A DNA stretch of 64,000 bases. Source: Balanoglossus misakiensis. Its lineage: Eukaryota > Animalia > Hemichordata. The translations under genes were made by a program, and so were the position numbers. Below, piece after piece: positions 25,234 to 36,640 of this stretch. Below the pieces are notes generated by a model, which was not told where the DNA came from, made no database searches, and saw nothing but the letters and a program-made list of their open reading frames with translations. The first letter of the stretch is position 1. Each line of letters begins with the position of its first letter. The DNA is taken from positions 6,386,001 through 6,450,000 of the forward strand of contig CM082590.2 in assembly GCA_040954595.2 (NCBI GenBank). The letters are read 5' to 3'.

Positions 25234-28200
25234 TTATTTGCCCTTATAATGTTCAAGAGTGCGGCAACCTGGATCTGCAAATAATGATAAAATCATACGA
25301 CAAAAATAAATATTTACGGTTAAACAATATTTATTCACGCAGGACTTTCTACTAGTAGTTTTAACCTTCTCTCTGTTTACAGTGTCTGTCTCTGTTAATA
25401 TTGCCGGCCTGCCTGCCTGTATGCCTGTCTCTCTGTCTGTCTGCCTTTCTGTCTGTCTGCATGTCTGTCTGTCTGTCTGCCTGCCTACCTGTCTCTCTGT
25501 CTGCATGTCTGTCTGCCTGCCTGCCTGCCTGTCTCTCTGTCTATCTACCTTTCTGTATGTCTGTCTGTCTGTCTGCAAGTCTGTCTGCCTTTCTGTCTGT
25601 CTGCATGTCTGTCTGTCTGTCTGTCTGCATGTCTGTCTGTCTGCCTACCTGTCTGTCTGTCTGTCTGCCTCTATCTGCCTGTCTGTCTGTCTGACTGTGT
25701 CTTTATGTCTCTATCTACCTCTGTCTCTCTTTCTCCCTGTCTCTCTCAAATTACCAAATGTGTACAAATAATATGGCATGGAAATATGATCTTACCTTGA
25801 AGTTCACAAACGAAGCCTTTGGATCGTACAGCGCAGTATTCATCATCCCATAAGCCATCATAACCAAATCGAAACCTGTAGAAAATGACAAGGCTAACGT
25901 TACTGACTTGACCACAGTATCAATGACAATGTATTGGACTGAATCATGTCCGGTATCCATGGCTACATGTCCTTGTATTACCAGATAATTTCAGAAAGTG
26001 CACCAACATACGCCCATAATATCTTTAGTGTAGTGTTGAAACTCACTCACGGATATGCATAGAAGCCTTATGTTTAATGAATATATATGCACTGTGTTGG
26101 TCCGATTCACACTGTATAAGCGAAATATTTATACTTGTCTGATAAAAATAGTTGAGCAGTTCGGTAATAAGGCTGCATGGTGTCACGTTTTCCATTCGTT
26201 GAAATATCAGCAGCTGACTGGAATTTAGACAACATGTTCGAAATTTGTGATATCCACCGTTTTATACCCGTATCTATGACGTAATGTGGTTATTATCATA
26301 GAGGCCTCTTACCATAGTTGAACACAGTCTTGTCCCTGGGTAGGATTCTTTTTGGGATTGTTATTTGGTTCTCCGGGAGCCCAGGCACTAAATTCACCCT
26401 CGCACAGGGCCTCGCCATCAGCCCAGATGAAGTTGCCTTCTGTTGAGCGATCCGTCAGACCAATCCAGAAACCAAAGTTGGAAATGCAATCGTCGTCGTT
26501 CTGGAGGTGGTCCCTGAGAAAGTTCACCACGTGGTCGTACCGTTCTTGAGTGTTGAGAATTGCAAGTCGACCAACTGACTCCAGGCCATCCAAACATCTC
26601 GATTTGCAGAAATTCTCGGCGTCCTCGTAGTATTCACCATCGGGTTGTTGACAGTAATATTCATACTTAACGCACATGCACTCGTCTTTGGTTTGTAGAG
26701 TATCGGATCCTACAGAAATAAAACAAACAGAAACGTCAGCACACAAATTGATAAAATGCAATATATTTTTATACAGAAATTTGTCAATTATAATTATTGC
26801 ATTCAAGTTGAACATACATAATACATAAGGGTACTGGTGAAGCGATAGGCGGTATAATCTCGACAACCTTGTTTCGTGAGTCACTGGACACACTCATCAG
26901 GAGACTTAACTGTCTGAGCGAGTCCAGTGCAGTCAGTCAAGAAAACAAAGTTGTAGAGATTATACCACCTTTCGTTTCTCCATCTACCCTTACTTTATAT
27001 TTTGCTGTACTTTAGTATTGAGCACTTTGTATCGGACAAGTCGAACCGCATACTTGGCGATTATGCACACTGTGACCATGTCGATATAATAAATAATAAG
27101 CATTTCATCCTCATTTCGGCAGCTGAGCACGACATTATACATTCGATAGATAGATGAAAAAATCATTCCATAAAAGACAAACTGTAAACATCTGTATCTA
27201 TGCTTTAATGCAGTAATTTTTCTCTCACCTATGATGTCATACTTTGTCAGCAAAAAAAAAGAACATTCAGGAAGAGAAAAACGAAGAAAGGTGAATGATG
27301 AATACACATACTGTTCCCATGGCAACACCGCGGCATTTCACCAGTTACACTTGGTCACAGAAAATACTAATTAGCATAATTGTGTTTTCAAATCAACATG
27401 AATGATGAATTCAAATATTGTAACTAAAACACTGAAACACAAATATGTTTTCAAAACGTGAGTGTAGGCAACGTATAAGATTTTCAATCCTAAAGTGAAA
27501 AGATGACAATTGCATATAGACATCATCTTGTAAATGGTGGAAACGTACAACAGTTATTACCTTATCACTGTAGTGTGATCGTTGTAAAGGGGAAATAAAC
27601 TGGGGCCCATGTAGCGAGACAGTCTCAAAAATCATAGTCTTTCTAATTTTTAATCACATTTTGCTCACAGCGACTTTACAGTATTCTTTCTACATTGAGG
27701 ATAAGCATTTGGGGATCCCCATCATGATGTAACATTTGGAACGAGAGAGCCAAAATGTGAAATGGCTGCCAATCAATCCATGAATTAAGTCTAGAGAGGA
27801 AAATTAAAGAAGCAATTTTATGGAAACAAGACCGCAGTGATTTCGTTTTTGTTTTCTAAAAGAACTCTCTCTTACTTACTTTCACAAAGCAAAACATTAA
27901 CGAGACCCCATTCTTTGAATTACAATAAAACCATAATCTAAAAAAATGATCGCGGTTTGACATTACCTAAATATAAAGGCACTTAAGGTTTTATTGAAAA
28001 AAAAAAGAAAAAGAAAAAATAGGATCGATAACTTACCGTGGTTGTAGGTAGACCACAGGGCAAATATTCCTCCTGCAAGTTAAAATAAAAAAAACTTGTC
28101 TTGGAAAACACACGAGCATTTTACCATCAGCGGGGTGATGCGTAGTTATTGAATAAATACGCCATGATTGCGCAATTGTTTCCTTTTACACCACCCCAAT

Positions 28201-28562
28201 TATCATTGAAGATACATCAGTGATGTTATATTTATTTCAGCGTTTATAACCACAATGGTTTATTCCAAACCTATTGTTTTCTATGTTGAGATTGGACCTC
28301 TAAATTGAGAACTTTGGGTGAAAGGGTTCATTTAAGAATGTCCTAGTTTATATGACAATAGGTTCAGACTTTCCAAACAGATGTATCAGTCACGTCCACA
28401 TCTAGTATACAATAATTGCGACCACACCCAATCGCATACCACAAAAATATAATGAAAATCAAATTCTCAAAAAGTGATGCCAACACTTACCATAACCTTG
28501 ACTGCTCTGACATCTTGCAGGCAAGTGATGCAGACGAGGAGAATACTCAACTTGAAATCCAT
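25234..28562 (-). CDS. Secreted single-CRD C-type lectin, copy A (EPN/WDD, mannose/GlcNAc-type; echinoidin/perlucin-like), 212 aa
   Basis: Exons 28562-28491 (signal peptide MDFKLSILLVCITCLQDVRA), 28072-28037, 27241-27229 (13-nt micro-exon), 26709-26313, 25875-25796 and 25274-25234 total 639 nt in frame. Motifs FWIGL, WAPGEPNN, DCVQLW, WDDEYC, FVCE. Confidence 0.93.
25383..25747 (+). repeat. (TCTG)n microsatellite in the last intron of lectin A; shorter mirror at ~34950-35100
   Basis: Direct reading. Confidence 0.9.
26856..26906 (-). ncRNA. Minimal type I hammerhead ribozyme (Penelope-like element type), sense to lectin A, intronic
   Basis: The minus strand reads AGTCTC-CTGATGA-GTGTGTC-CAGT-GACTCAC-GAAA-CAAGGTT-GTC-GAGATT. 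This gives a full catalytic core, a 7-bp stem II with one mismatch, a short stem III, a GUC cleavage triplet and a 6-bp stem I. Confidence 0.8.
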
Positions 28563-28708
28563 GACGGTTTCTTTATGAAAGATACAATATATTTGTACAG
28601 AAAATTCTTCATAAAAACATTTGTAAGAGCAGTTAACGAGATCGTTAATCATATCTGAGGTTTAGATGTTGAATTTTGCATGTGATTGCTGTTTTCCAGA
28701 ATTCCCAG

Positions 28709-29063
28709 TTAAAATGACAAAGTCTCTGTCTCGCTGCCCTTTTTCCGTTAATTATATTTGATACAAGACACTATTTATGTTATTCTACATGTGGATACAT
28801 AGTGAACCAACGTTCGACCACACAGAACTTCCATCCCACGTGTAGATACAAGAGTGAAAAAACTCACCAAAATGAATTAACGGTGTTTACCGTTTATTCA
28901 TTTTGGCGAGATCTTTACTCTCATATCCTGTAGACAGGAAGGAAGTTGTGTGGTTGAACGTTGATTAACTATATATCCACATGTAGAATAACATAAACCG
29001 TGTCTTGTATCAAATATAATTAACGGGAAAAGGGCAGCGAGACAGAGACTTTTAATCTTTTAA
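28709..29063. mobile_element. MITE family A in lectin A intron 1
   Basis: Full palindromic copy between TTAA sites. Confidence 0.85.
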
Positions 29064-29632
29064 TTACTTTGAATACAAAACAACTGATGGAAGCACAAAA
29101 TCAAATCGGAGCACAAGTTAGCTAAATATCTCGTTTGAATATAAAATAATAATAATAATTATTTTATTCCACTTGCACTATAGTCCTCCAGCCCTATGTA
29201 CTGGAATATTTCAAATACATTTCAGGAAAAAATAAAATGTTACAGAACACAGTGACCTTGAGAGTATAAAGATTTGCAGGGGGTTTCTTTTACAGTGAAA
29301 ACAAGAACCAGCACTTTCACGGAAGTCAGTTCGCCAACTGCTTCCTTTTCTTAAACTCATAAAATAAGTATTATAAGCTTAACTTTCTTAAGACATTCGT
29401 ATTTTGTTCTGACATAAGTTGTATCAACTTATCAATAGAAGGGTTGACAAGAAATTTAGCAGGCAAGTATTTTACCCTGAGGGTATCGTATAACTTACAT
29501 TGTAATAAAAAGTTATATACTATAATGACAACGTCACTATATAAAACAGTTAAAAAACAATGAACTAAATTGACAAATATTTTAAATAGTTACAATATAT
29601 TACTAACATCACTGGAATCTTGGGAAGAGTTT

Positions 29633-29745
29633 CTTACCTCTAACGGTGACGCAAATGTCTTCGTAAAGAGGAAAGTGTGTGATAAAACAACGATACGGCA
29701 TGCTATTTATAATGCTTTTTCGAGTAGGGTTTGCATAATTTGAAT
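29633..29745 (-). promoter_or_regulatory. Lectin A promoter and non-coding exon 1
   Basis: On the minus strand: AAATTATGCAAACCCT, TATAAATA (29704-29711), then an exon ending AG|GTAAGA (donor at 29637). Mirrored in copy B. Confidence 0.6.
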
Positions 29746-29924
29746 AATATATGTAACTCTCTACTCACCCCGTGACTAAACATGTTAAATGAATCCATAA
29801 ATTCAGCTCTGGCGAAAATCTGCAAAACAGACGGCCATACCAGTCAATTTTCTTTTTGTAATGGATTGCTTCGTGTTGAATTTAAGACGATTTCAGTGAA
29901 ATCCGCAAAACAATGAGAAAAATT

Positions 29925-30205
29925 GAGAGAGAGAGTGAGAGAGAGAGGGGGGGAGAGGGGGGAGAGAAAGAGAGAGAGTGTGAGAGAGAGAAAAAAAGAG
30001 AGTGAGAGAGAGAAAGATCGAGAGAGAGAGAAAGAGAAAGAGAAGAGAAGAGAAGAGAGAGAGAGTGAGAGAGAGAAAGAGAGAGAGTGTGAGAGAGAGA
30101 GAAAAAAAAAGAGTGATAAAGAGAGAGAGAGAGAAAGAGAGAGATTGGAAGAGAGAGAGGGGGAGGGAGAGAGAGAGACAGAGAGAGAGAGCGACAGAGA
30201 GATAA
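29925..30205 (+). repeat. (GA)n polypurine tract
   Basis: Direct reading; flanked by a ~90-bp direct duplication (~29825-29913 and ~30204-30274). Confidence 0.92.
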
Positions 30206-30566
30206 ACAGACGGCCATGCCAATTTTTCGCTTCGTGTTGATTTTTAAGACGATTTCAATGAAAGCCGAAAAACAACTATTTCAATTCATAATACTTATCC
30301 CCAAACCATCTGTGCTGACATGCCATATTCTGGAATCATACCACTATTAATTAATTCAGCCATTTATTGCCAAAAGCTGTCTACGTGGATTTCTAAAGCG
30401 AGAGAAATTAAAACATACAATACCCCATCTCGTAAATTGCACCAAAGCTGTTTCAAAAGACCTGCTTTGGTTAAAAATGTAGACAGTGGTAGAAAAATAG
30501 CGTTGTGTTAACAAATAATAACAAAACAAATGTCAACTTGTAAGAAAAAGTTAACGGGAATTTATC

Positions 30567-30905
30567 ACATACATACATACATGTATGTGTGTATGTATTT
30601 ATGTATGTATGTATGTGTGTATGTATGTATGTATGTATGTATGTATGTATGTATGTATGTATGTATGTATGTATGTATGTATGTATGTATGTATGTATGT
30701 ATGTATGTATGTATGTATGTATGTATGTATGTATGTATGTATGTATGTATGTATGTATGTATGTATGTATGTATGTATGTATGTATGTATGTATGTATGT
30801 ATGTATGTATGTATGTATGTATGTATGTATGTATGTATGTATGTATGTATGTATGTATGTATGTATGTGTGTATGTACGTACGTACGTATGTATGCATGT
30901 ATGCA
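30567..30905 (+). repeat. (CATA)3/(TATG)n microsatellite at the palindrome axis
   Basis: Direct reading. Confidence 0.97.
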
Positions 30906-31269
30906 CGTTATGCACGTTATGGGAACTGTTTTCAAACTAATTTTCGTTTGTTTTATCATTAATTGTTAACACATTGCTTTATTCTACCACTGCCTGCATT
31001 TTTGACCAGAAGAAACTAATAGTGGTATGGTGATAGAAAAATTATGACGTGTCAGCCCGGGTGGTTAAGGGATAAGTCTACTCTGAATTGAAAAAAATAT
31101 GTTGTGCGGCTCTTACTGAAATCGTCTTAAAAATCAATCGAAGCAGTAACTACAGAAAGCTCAAAGGACCATCTGTGTTGAAACTATTTCACAAGAATTA
31201 TTAGGAATTTCTAGGAATTATTTTAGATTTTGTGTCGGGGGGTGTTACTCTCAACTGGTGGGCCACATC

Positions 31270-31378
31270 AAATATGCAAATTATGCAAACCCTCCTCTTA
31301 ACAATAAATAGAGTACCGCTTTGTCGAATATTTACAGACTCTCCTTTCTACGAAGACATCAGTGCCACTGAGGTAAGA
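31270..31378 (+). promoter_or_regulatory. Lectin B promoter and non-coding exon 1
   Basis: ATGCAAATTATGCAAACCCT (31274-31293), ATAAATA (31304-31310), and an exon ending GAG|GTAAGA at 31372. Confidence 0.6.
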
Positions 31379-31417
31379 AATTCTTCATAAGTTCCGAGTG
31401 ATGTTTGTAATATATGG

Positions 31418-31772
31418 TTAAAGGGACAAAGTCTCTCTCTCGCTGCCCTTTTTCCATTGATCATGTTTGATACAAGACACCGTTTATGTTCGTGTACATG
31501 TGTATATAGTGAATGAACGTTCAACCACACACAACTTCCATCCCGTTTGTAGGATATGAGAGTAACAACTAACCCAAAATTAATAAATGGTAAACACCGA
31601 TTATTCATTTTGGCGAGTTTTTTTCACTCTTGTATCTACAAGCGGGATGGAAGGTGTGTGTGGTTGAATGTTGATTCACTATATATCCACATGTAGAATA
31701 ACATAAACAGTGTCTTGTATCAAACATAATTAATGGAAAAAGGGCAGCAAGAGAGAGACTTTGTCCCTTTAA
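31418..31772. mobile_element. MITE family A in lectin B intron 1
   Basis: TTAA-AGGGACAAAGT...ACTTTGTCCCT-TTAA. Confidence 0.88.
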
Positions 31773-32152
31773 ATTGACGATTTGCCTTATTGTTATTTCA
31801 TTCTAAATGTTTTCTATACTGATGTTATCATTGTTTGTATTCAATTGTATAGAATGTGTGTTCCCAGATTTATATCTAAGACTGTCATGCTGTCATTTGT
31901 ATTCAAAGTAATACAGGGAGGGCTGAAGATAATATAAGTCTATGGATTCTAATCATCATATCTGGAAATGTGAGAAAATATTAGGGACCTAGATAATTCA
32001 ACATCAAAAATTCAGATTTGCATTTGGCAAAACTTGACACATTTCTGGCCACATTTCTGAACAGAAGTATCTCGTTAACTGATGTTACAAATATTTACAC
32101 GTTCATAAAGAATTCTCTGCACATTTATTTCATCTCTCATAAAGAAACCGCC

Positions 32153-35100
32153 ATGGATTCCAAGTTGAGTATTCTCCTCGTCTGCATCATATGCCTGCAA
32201 GATGTCAGAGCAGTCGTGGTTAGTCTTTGCATTACTTTTTGAGTATTTGGTTTTCATTATATTTCTGTGGCATGCGATTGGGTGTGGTCGCAATTATTGT
32301 ATACTAGATGTGGACGTGACTGATACATCTGTTTGGAAAGTCTGAAGCAATTGTCATATAAACAAAAGCATTCGTTAACACTTTCACCCCCAGTTCTCAA
32401 TTTAGAGGTCCAATCTCAACATAGAAAACAATTGGTTTGGATTAAACCATTGTGGTTACAAAGGCTTCAATAAATATAACATCACTGATGTATCTTCAAT
32501 GATAATTGGGGTGGTGTAAAAAGAAACAATTGCGCAATCATGGCGTATTTATTCAACATCACCCCGCTGATGGTACAACGCTCTTCTGTTTTCCAAGACA
32601 AGTTTTTTTTTTTTTTTAACTTGCAGGAATATTTGCCCTGTGGTCTACCTACAACCACGGTAAGTTATCGATCCCATTTTTTCTTTTTCTTCTTTTAAAT
32701 AAAACCTTAAGTGCCTTTATATTTAGGTAATATCAAACCGCGATCACTTTGTTTAGATTATGGTTGTATTGTAATTCAAAATATGGGGTCTCGTTAATTT
32801 TTTGCTTTGTGAAAGTAAGTAAGAGAGAGTTCTTTTAGAAAACAAAAACGAAATCAGGGCGGTCTTGTTTCCATAAAATTGCTGCTTGAATTTTCCTCTC
32901 TAGACTTAATTCATAGATTGATTGGCAGCCATTTCACATTTTGGCTCTCTCGTTTCAAATGTTACATCATGATGGGGATCCCCAAATGCTTAGACTCAAT
33001 CTAGAAAAAAGAATACTGTAATGTCGTTGTGAGCAAAATGTGATTAAAAATTAGAAAGACTATGATTTTTGAGACTGTCTCGCTACATCGGCCCCAGTTC
33101 ATTTCCCCTTTACAACGATCACACTACAGTGATAATGTAATGACTGTTGTACGTTTCCACCATTTACAAGATGTTGTCTATATGCAATTGTCATCTTTTC
33201 ACTTTGGGATTGAAAATCTTATACGTTGCCTACACTCATGTTTTGAAAACATATTTGCGTTTTCAGTGACTTAGTTACAATATTTGAATTCATCATTCAT
33301 GTTGATTTGAAAACACAATTATGCTAATTAGTGTTTTCTGTGACCATGTGTAATTGGTGAAATGCCGCGTTGTTGCCATGATAACAGTATGTGTATTCAT
33401 CATTCACCTTTCTTTGTTTTTCTTCCTGAATGTTCTTTTTTTGCTGACAAAGTATGATATCATAGGTGAGAGAAAAATTACTGCATTAAAGCATAGATAC
33501 AGATGTTTACAGTTTGTCTTTTATGGAATGATTTTTTCATGTATCTATTTATTATCAAATATATAATGTCGTGCTCAGCTGCTGAAAAGAGGATGAAATG
33601 CTTATTATTATTATATCGACATAGTCCATGTGTACATAATCGCCAAGTATGCGGTTCAACTTGTCCGATACAAAGTGCCCATTACTAAAGCAAAGCACAA
33701 TATAAATTAAGGGTAGATGGAGAAACGAAAGGTGGTATAATCTCTACAACGTTGTTGCTTGACTCACTGCACTGGATTCACTCAGACAGTTTAGACTCCT
33801 GATGAGTGTGTCCAGTGACTCACGAAACAAGGTTGTAGAGATTATACCGCCTATCGCTTCTCCAGTATCCTTAATTTATGTATTATGTATGTACAACTTG
33901 AATGCAATAATCATAATTGACAAATTTCTGTATGAAAATATATTGCATTTTATCAATTTGTGTGCTGACGTTTCTGTTTGTTTATTTCTACAGGATCCGA
34001 TACTCTACAAACCAAAGACGAGTGCATGTGCGTTAAGTATGAATATTACTGTCAACAACCCGATGGTGAATACTACGAGGACGCCGAGAATTTCTGCAAA
34101 TCGAGATGTTTGGATGGCCTAGAGTCAGTTGGTCGACTTGCAATTCTCAACACTCAAGAACGGTACGACCACGTGGTGAACTATCTCAAGGACCACCTGC
34201 AGAACGATGACGATTGCATTTCCAACTTTGGTTTCTGGATTGGTCTGACGGATCGCTCAACAGAAGGCAACTTCATCTGGGCTGATGGCGAGGCCCTGTG
34301 CGAGGGTGAATTTAGTGCCTGGGCTCCCGGAGAACCAAATAACAATCCCAAAAAGAATCCTACCCAGGGACAAGACTGTGTTCAACTATGGTAAGAGGCC
34401 TCTATGATAATAACCACATTGTGTTATAGATACGGGTATAAAACGGTGGACATCACAAATTTCGAACATGTTGTCTAAATTCCAGTCAGCTGCTGATATT
34501 TCAACGAATGGAAAACGTGACACCATGCAGCCTTATTACCGAACTGCTCAACTATTTTTATCAGACAAGTAAAAATATTTCGCTTATACAGTGTGAATCG
34601 GACCAACACGTCGCATTCATTAAACATAAGGCTTCTATGCAAATTAATGAGAGAGTTTCAACACTACACTAAAGATATTATGGGCGTATGTTGGTGCACT
34701 TTCTGAAATTATCCGATAATACAAGGACATGTAGCCATGGATACCGGACATGATTCAGTCCAATACATTGTCATTGATACTGTGGTCAAGTCAGTAACGT
34801 CAGCATTGTCATTGTCTACAGGTTTCGATTTGGTTATGATGGCTTATGGGATGATGAATACTGTGCTGTACGGTCCAAAGGCTTTGTTTGTGAACTTCAA
34901 GGTAAGATCATATTTCCATGCCATATTATTTGTACACATTTGGTAATTTGAGAGAGACAGTGAGAAAGAGAGACAGAGATAGACACAGACATAAAGACAC
35001 AGACAGACAGACATACAGACAGACAGACAGACAGGCGGGCAGGCAGGTAGACAGACTAACAATCAGATAGACAGACAGACAATGTAAACAGAGACAGACA

Positions 35101-35245
35101 CTGTACACAGAGCAGTTTAAAACTACAGGTAGCGAGACCTGAGTGATTAATGAATATAGTTTTAACTGTAAATGTTTACTATTGTCATATGGTTTTATTA
35201 TTACTTGCAGACCCGGGCTGCCGCACAGCTGTGCATTATGGATAA
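32153..35245 (+). CDS. Secreted single-CRD C-type lectin, copy B (EPN/WDD), 207 aa
   Basis: Exons 32153-32218, 32627-32659, 33453-33465, 33994-34390, 34822-34901 and 35211-35245 total 624 nt in frame. Same CTLD motifs; C-terminus DPGCRTAVHYG*. Confidence 0.93.
33793..33846 (+). ncRNA. Minimal type I hammerhead ribozyme, sense to lectin B, intronic
   Basis: CTC-CTGATGA(33799-33805)-GTGTGTCCAGTGACTCAC-GAAA(33824-33827)-CAAGGTT-GTA-GAG. The triplet is GUA and stem I is shorter than in copy A. Confidence 0.72.
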
Positions 35246-35377
35246 AGCAAGGACTCATGGGGAATGGCCACAGAAAATTTCACTAGGATAATTAGCCAGT
35301 CATATGATATATACGCATAGCTTAGATGCCTTACCTGCCACTGCATGCATGCATGTATGTATTGTTATTCGTCATGT

Positions 35378-35878
35378 TTAATGATATTAAACTTGTATCA
35401 TATTATATCATGCTACCGTCCGCCATTCTGATTGGACAAGAGCGATGGTAAAATACTATTTTACCACTGCTGGCAGTGGTAAAACCGGCCCCTGAACTAG
35501 CATGCATCAGGGAAAATGTGCGGTTAAACCACAGTCGCGTGGGATTAAACCAAATAAATAGCATAAAAACACTTGAATTTACAGACATTTTATTTTGGAA
35601 CTGCTCTGCTCTGAATATTTTGCACTTTTGTCACTTTTTGTCGTCTGCTTCATGTTTAATGCTCGATCCCGGGCCGCTCGTGTTTACATTCATCGTCGCC
35701 ATGTTGGTTCACGATCGCAACTTCTTTTTCTGACACCGTTTCGTTAAGAAAATGACACTGATATGCCACAAAATCAATTGTTGATATAATATAATAGCAA
35801 TAACGGCTCGTGCTATATGTCTCGAATTGTACCAATCAATCTCGTATATACCCGCTTGCGGCGGGGATTATTGCTTAA
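35378..35878. mobile_element. ~500-bp insertion private to the right palindrome arm, TTAA-bounded, Crypton-like non-autonomous element
   Basis: Absent at the mirrored site (~25090). It starts and ends with TTAA, has ATTCTGATTGG near one end and an AGCAATAA...TTATTGCT inverted repeat at the other. Confidence 0.6.
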
Positions 35879-36640
35879 TTGTAGGATGAATACACAGGTA
35901 TATGAAATATTGCCTGGAAGTTCGTCATGCTGCAAAGCTATTAGAAATAAAATGTAAATTAATGCAAATGATATTGTTGTGAGCTTACATTAATATGCAG
36001 TCATGATATTTCTGACTGCATACTTCGGAGTATGGGTCCTTCATCAATTGTGACCAACAATCCCTTGTCACCAGAACACTGATGCAAAAATAAACTGTGC
36101 TGTCTCCGCCAAGCTTAATTCTGAGGTCCAATAGTGAGTTGAGGAGACTGTGAGAATTTTGCACCGATAAGCCATGTCCCAAAAAGAAACACCTTCAGAA
36201 ATATGGGAATATAAAGTTTTTAGGGCCCAGGACCGGAGCCTGCTACTGTTAGACTTTAGCGCAGATGGTACATAGCGATTGCCCCAGATAGACTTCCCAA
36301 ATTCGATATTGATGCTCTTTGTAAGATTTTGAAATCACACATGAAAGTGGGCTTCGAAAGAATACACAGCAACAAAATGTAACTTGATTAATGATTAGAG
36401 TTCTTTATTCTATATACGGATAGAAAGCGTGCATTTTCTATCAATTATTCCTCAATAAATAATTCCATTCAGGTATTCTTATTGCACGTTACCATGAGTC
36501 TGAATTCTGTAAGGCAAGAAAAAGTTCTATTAAAACTACAAATTGTAAATATGGCTAAATGGTGAGGATTTTAAAAGATAGAGAATAGATTTGAAGTATT
36601 TTATTGTGGAAAAAATGTGTGAAATTTGGCAGTTCTCGAA

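Larger units (their letters stand above)
24603..36301. repeat. ~11.7-kb imperfect palindrome (inverted duplication) centred on the (TATG)n tract
   Basis: TTTGGGAAGTCTATCT at ~24603 is mirrored by AGATAGACTTCCCAAA at ~36301. Exons, introns, non-coding exon 1 and promoters are mirrored inward to ~30530/~30940. Confidence 0.95.

Noticed and set aside
33802-34122. Alternative-frame ORF overlapping the lectin CRD exon
   Set aside because: It is only the out-of-frame product of micro-exon skipping, with no domain features.
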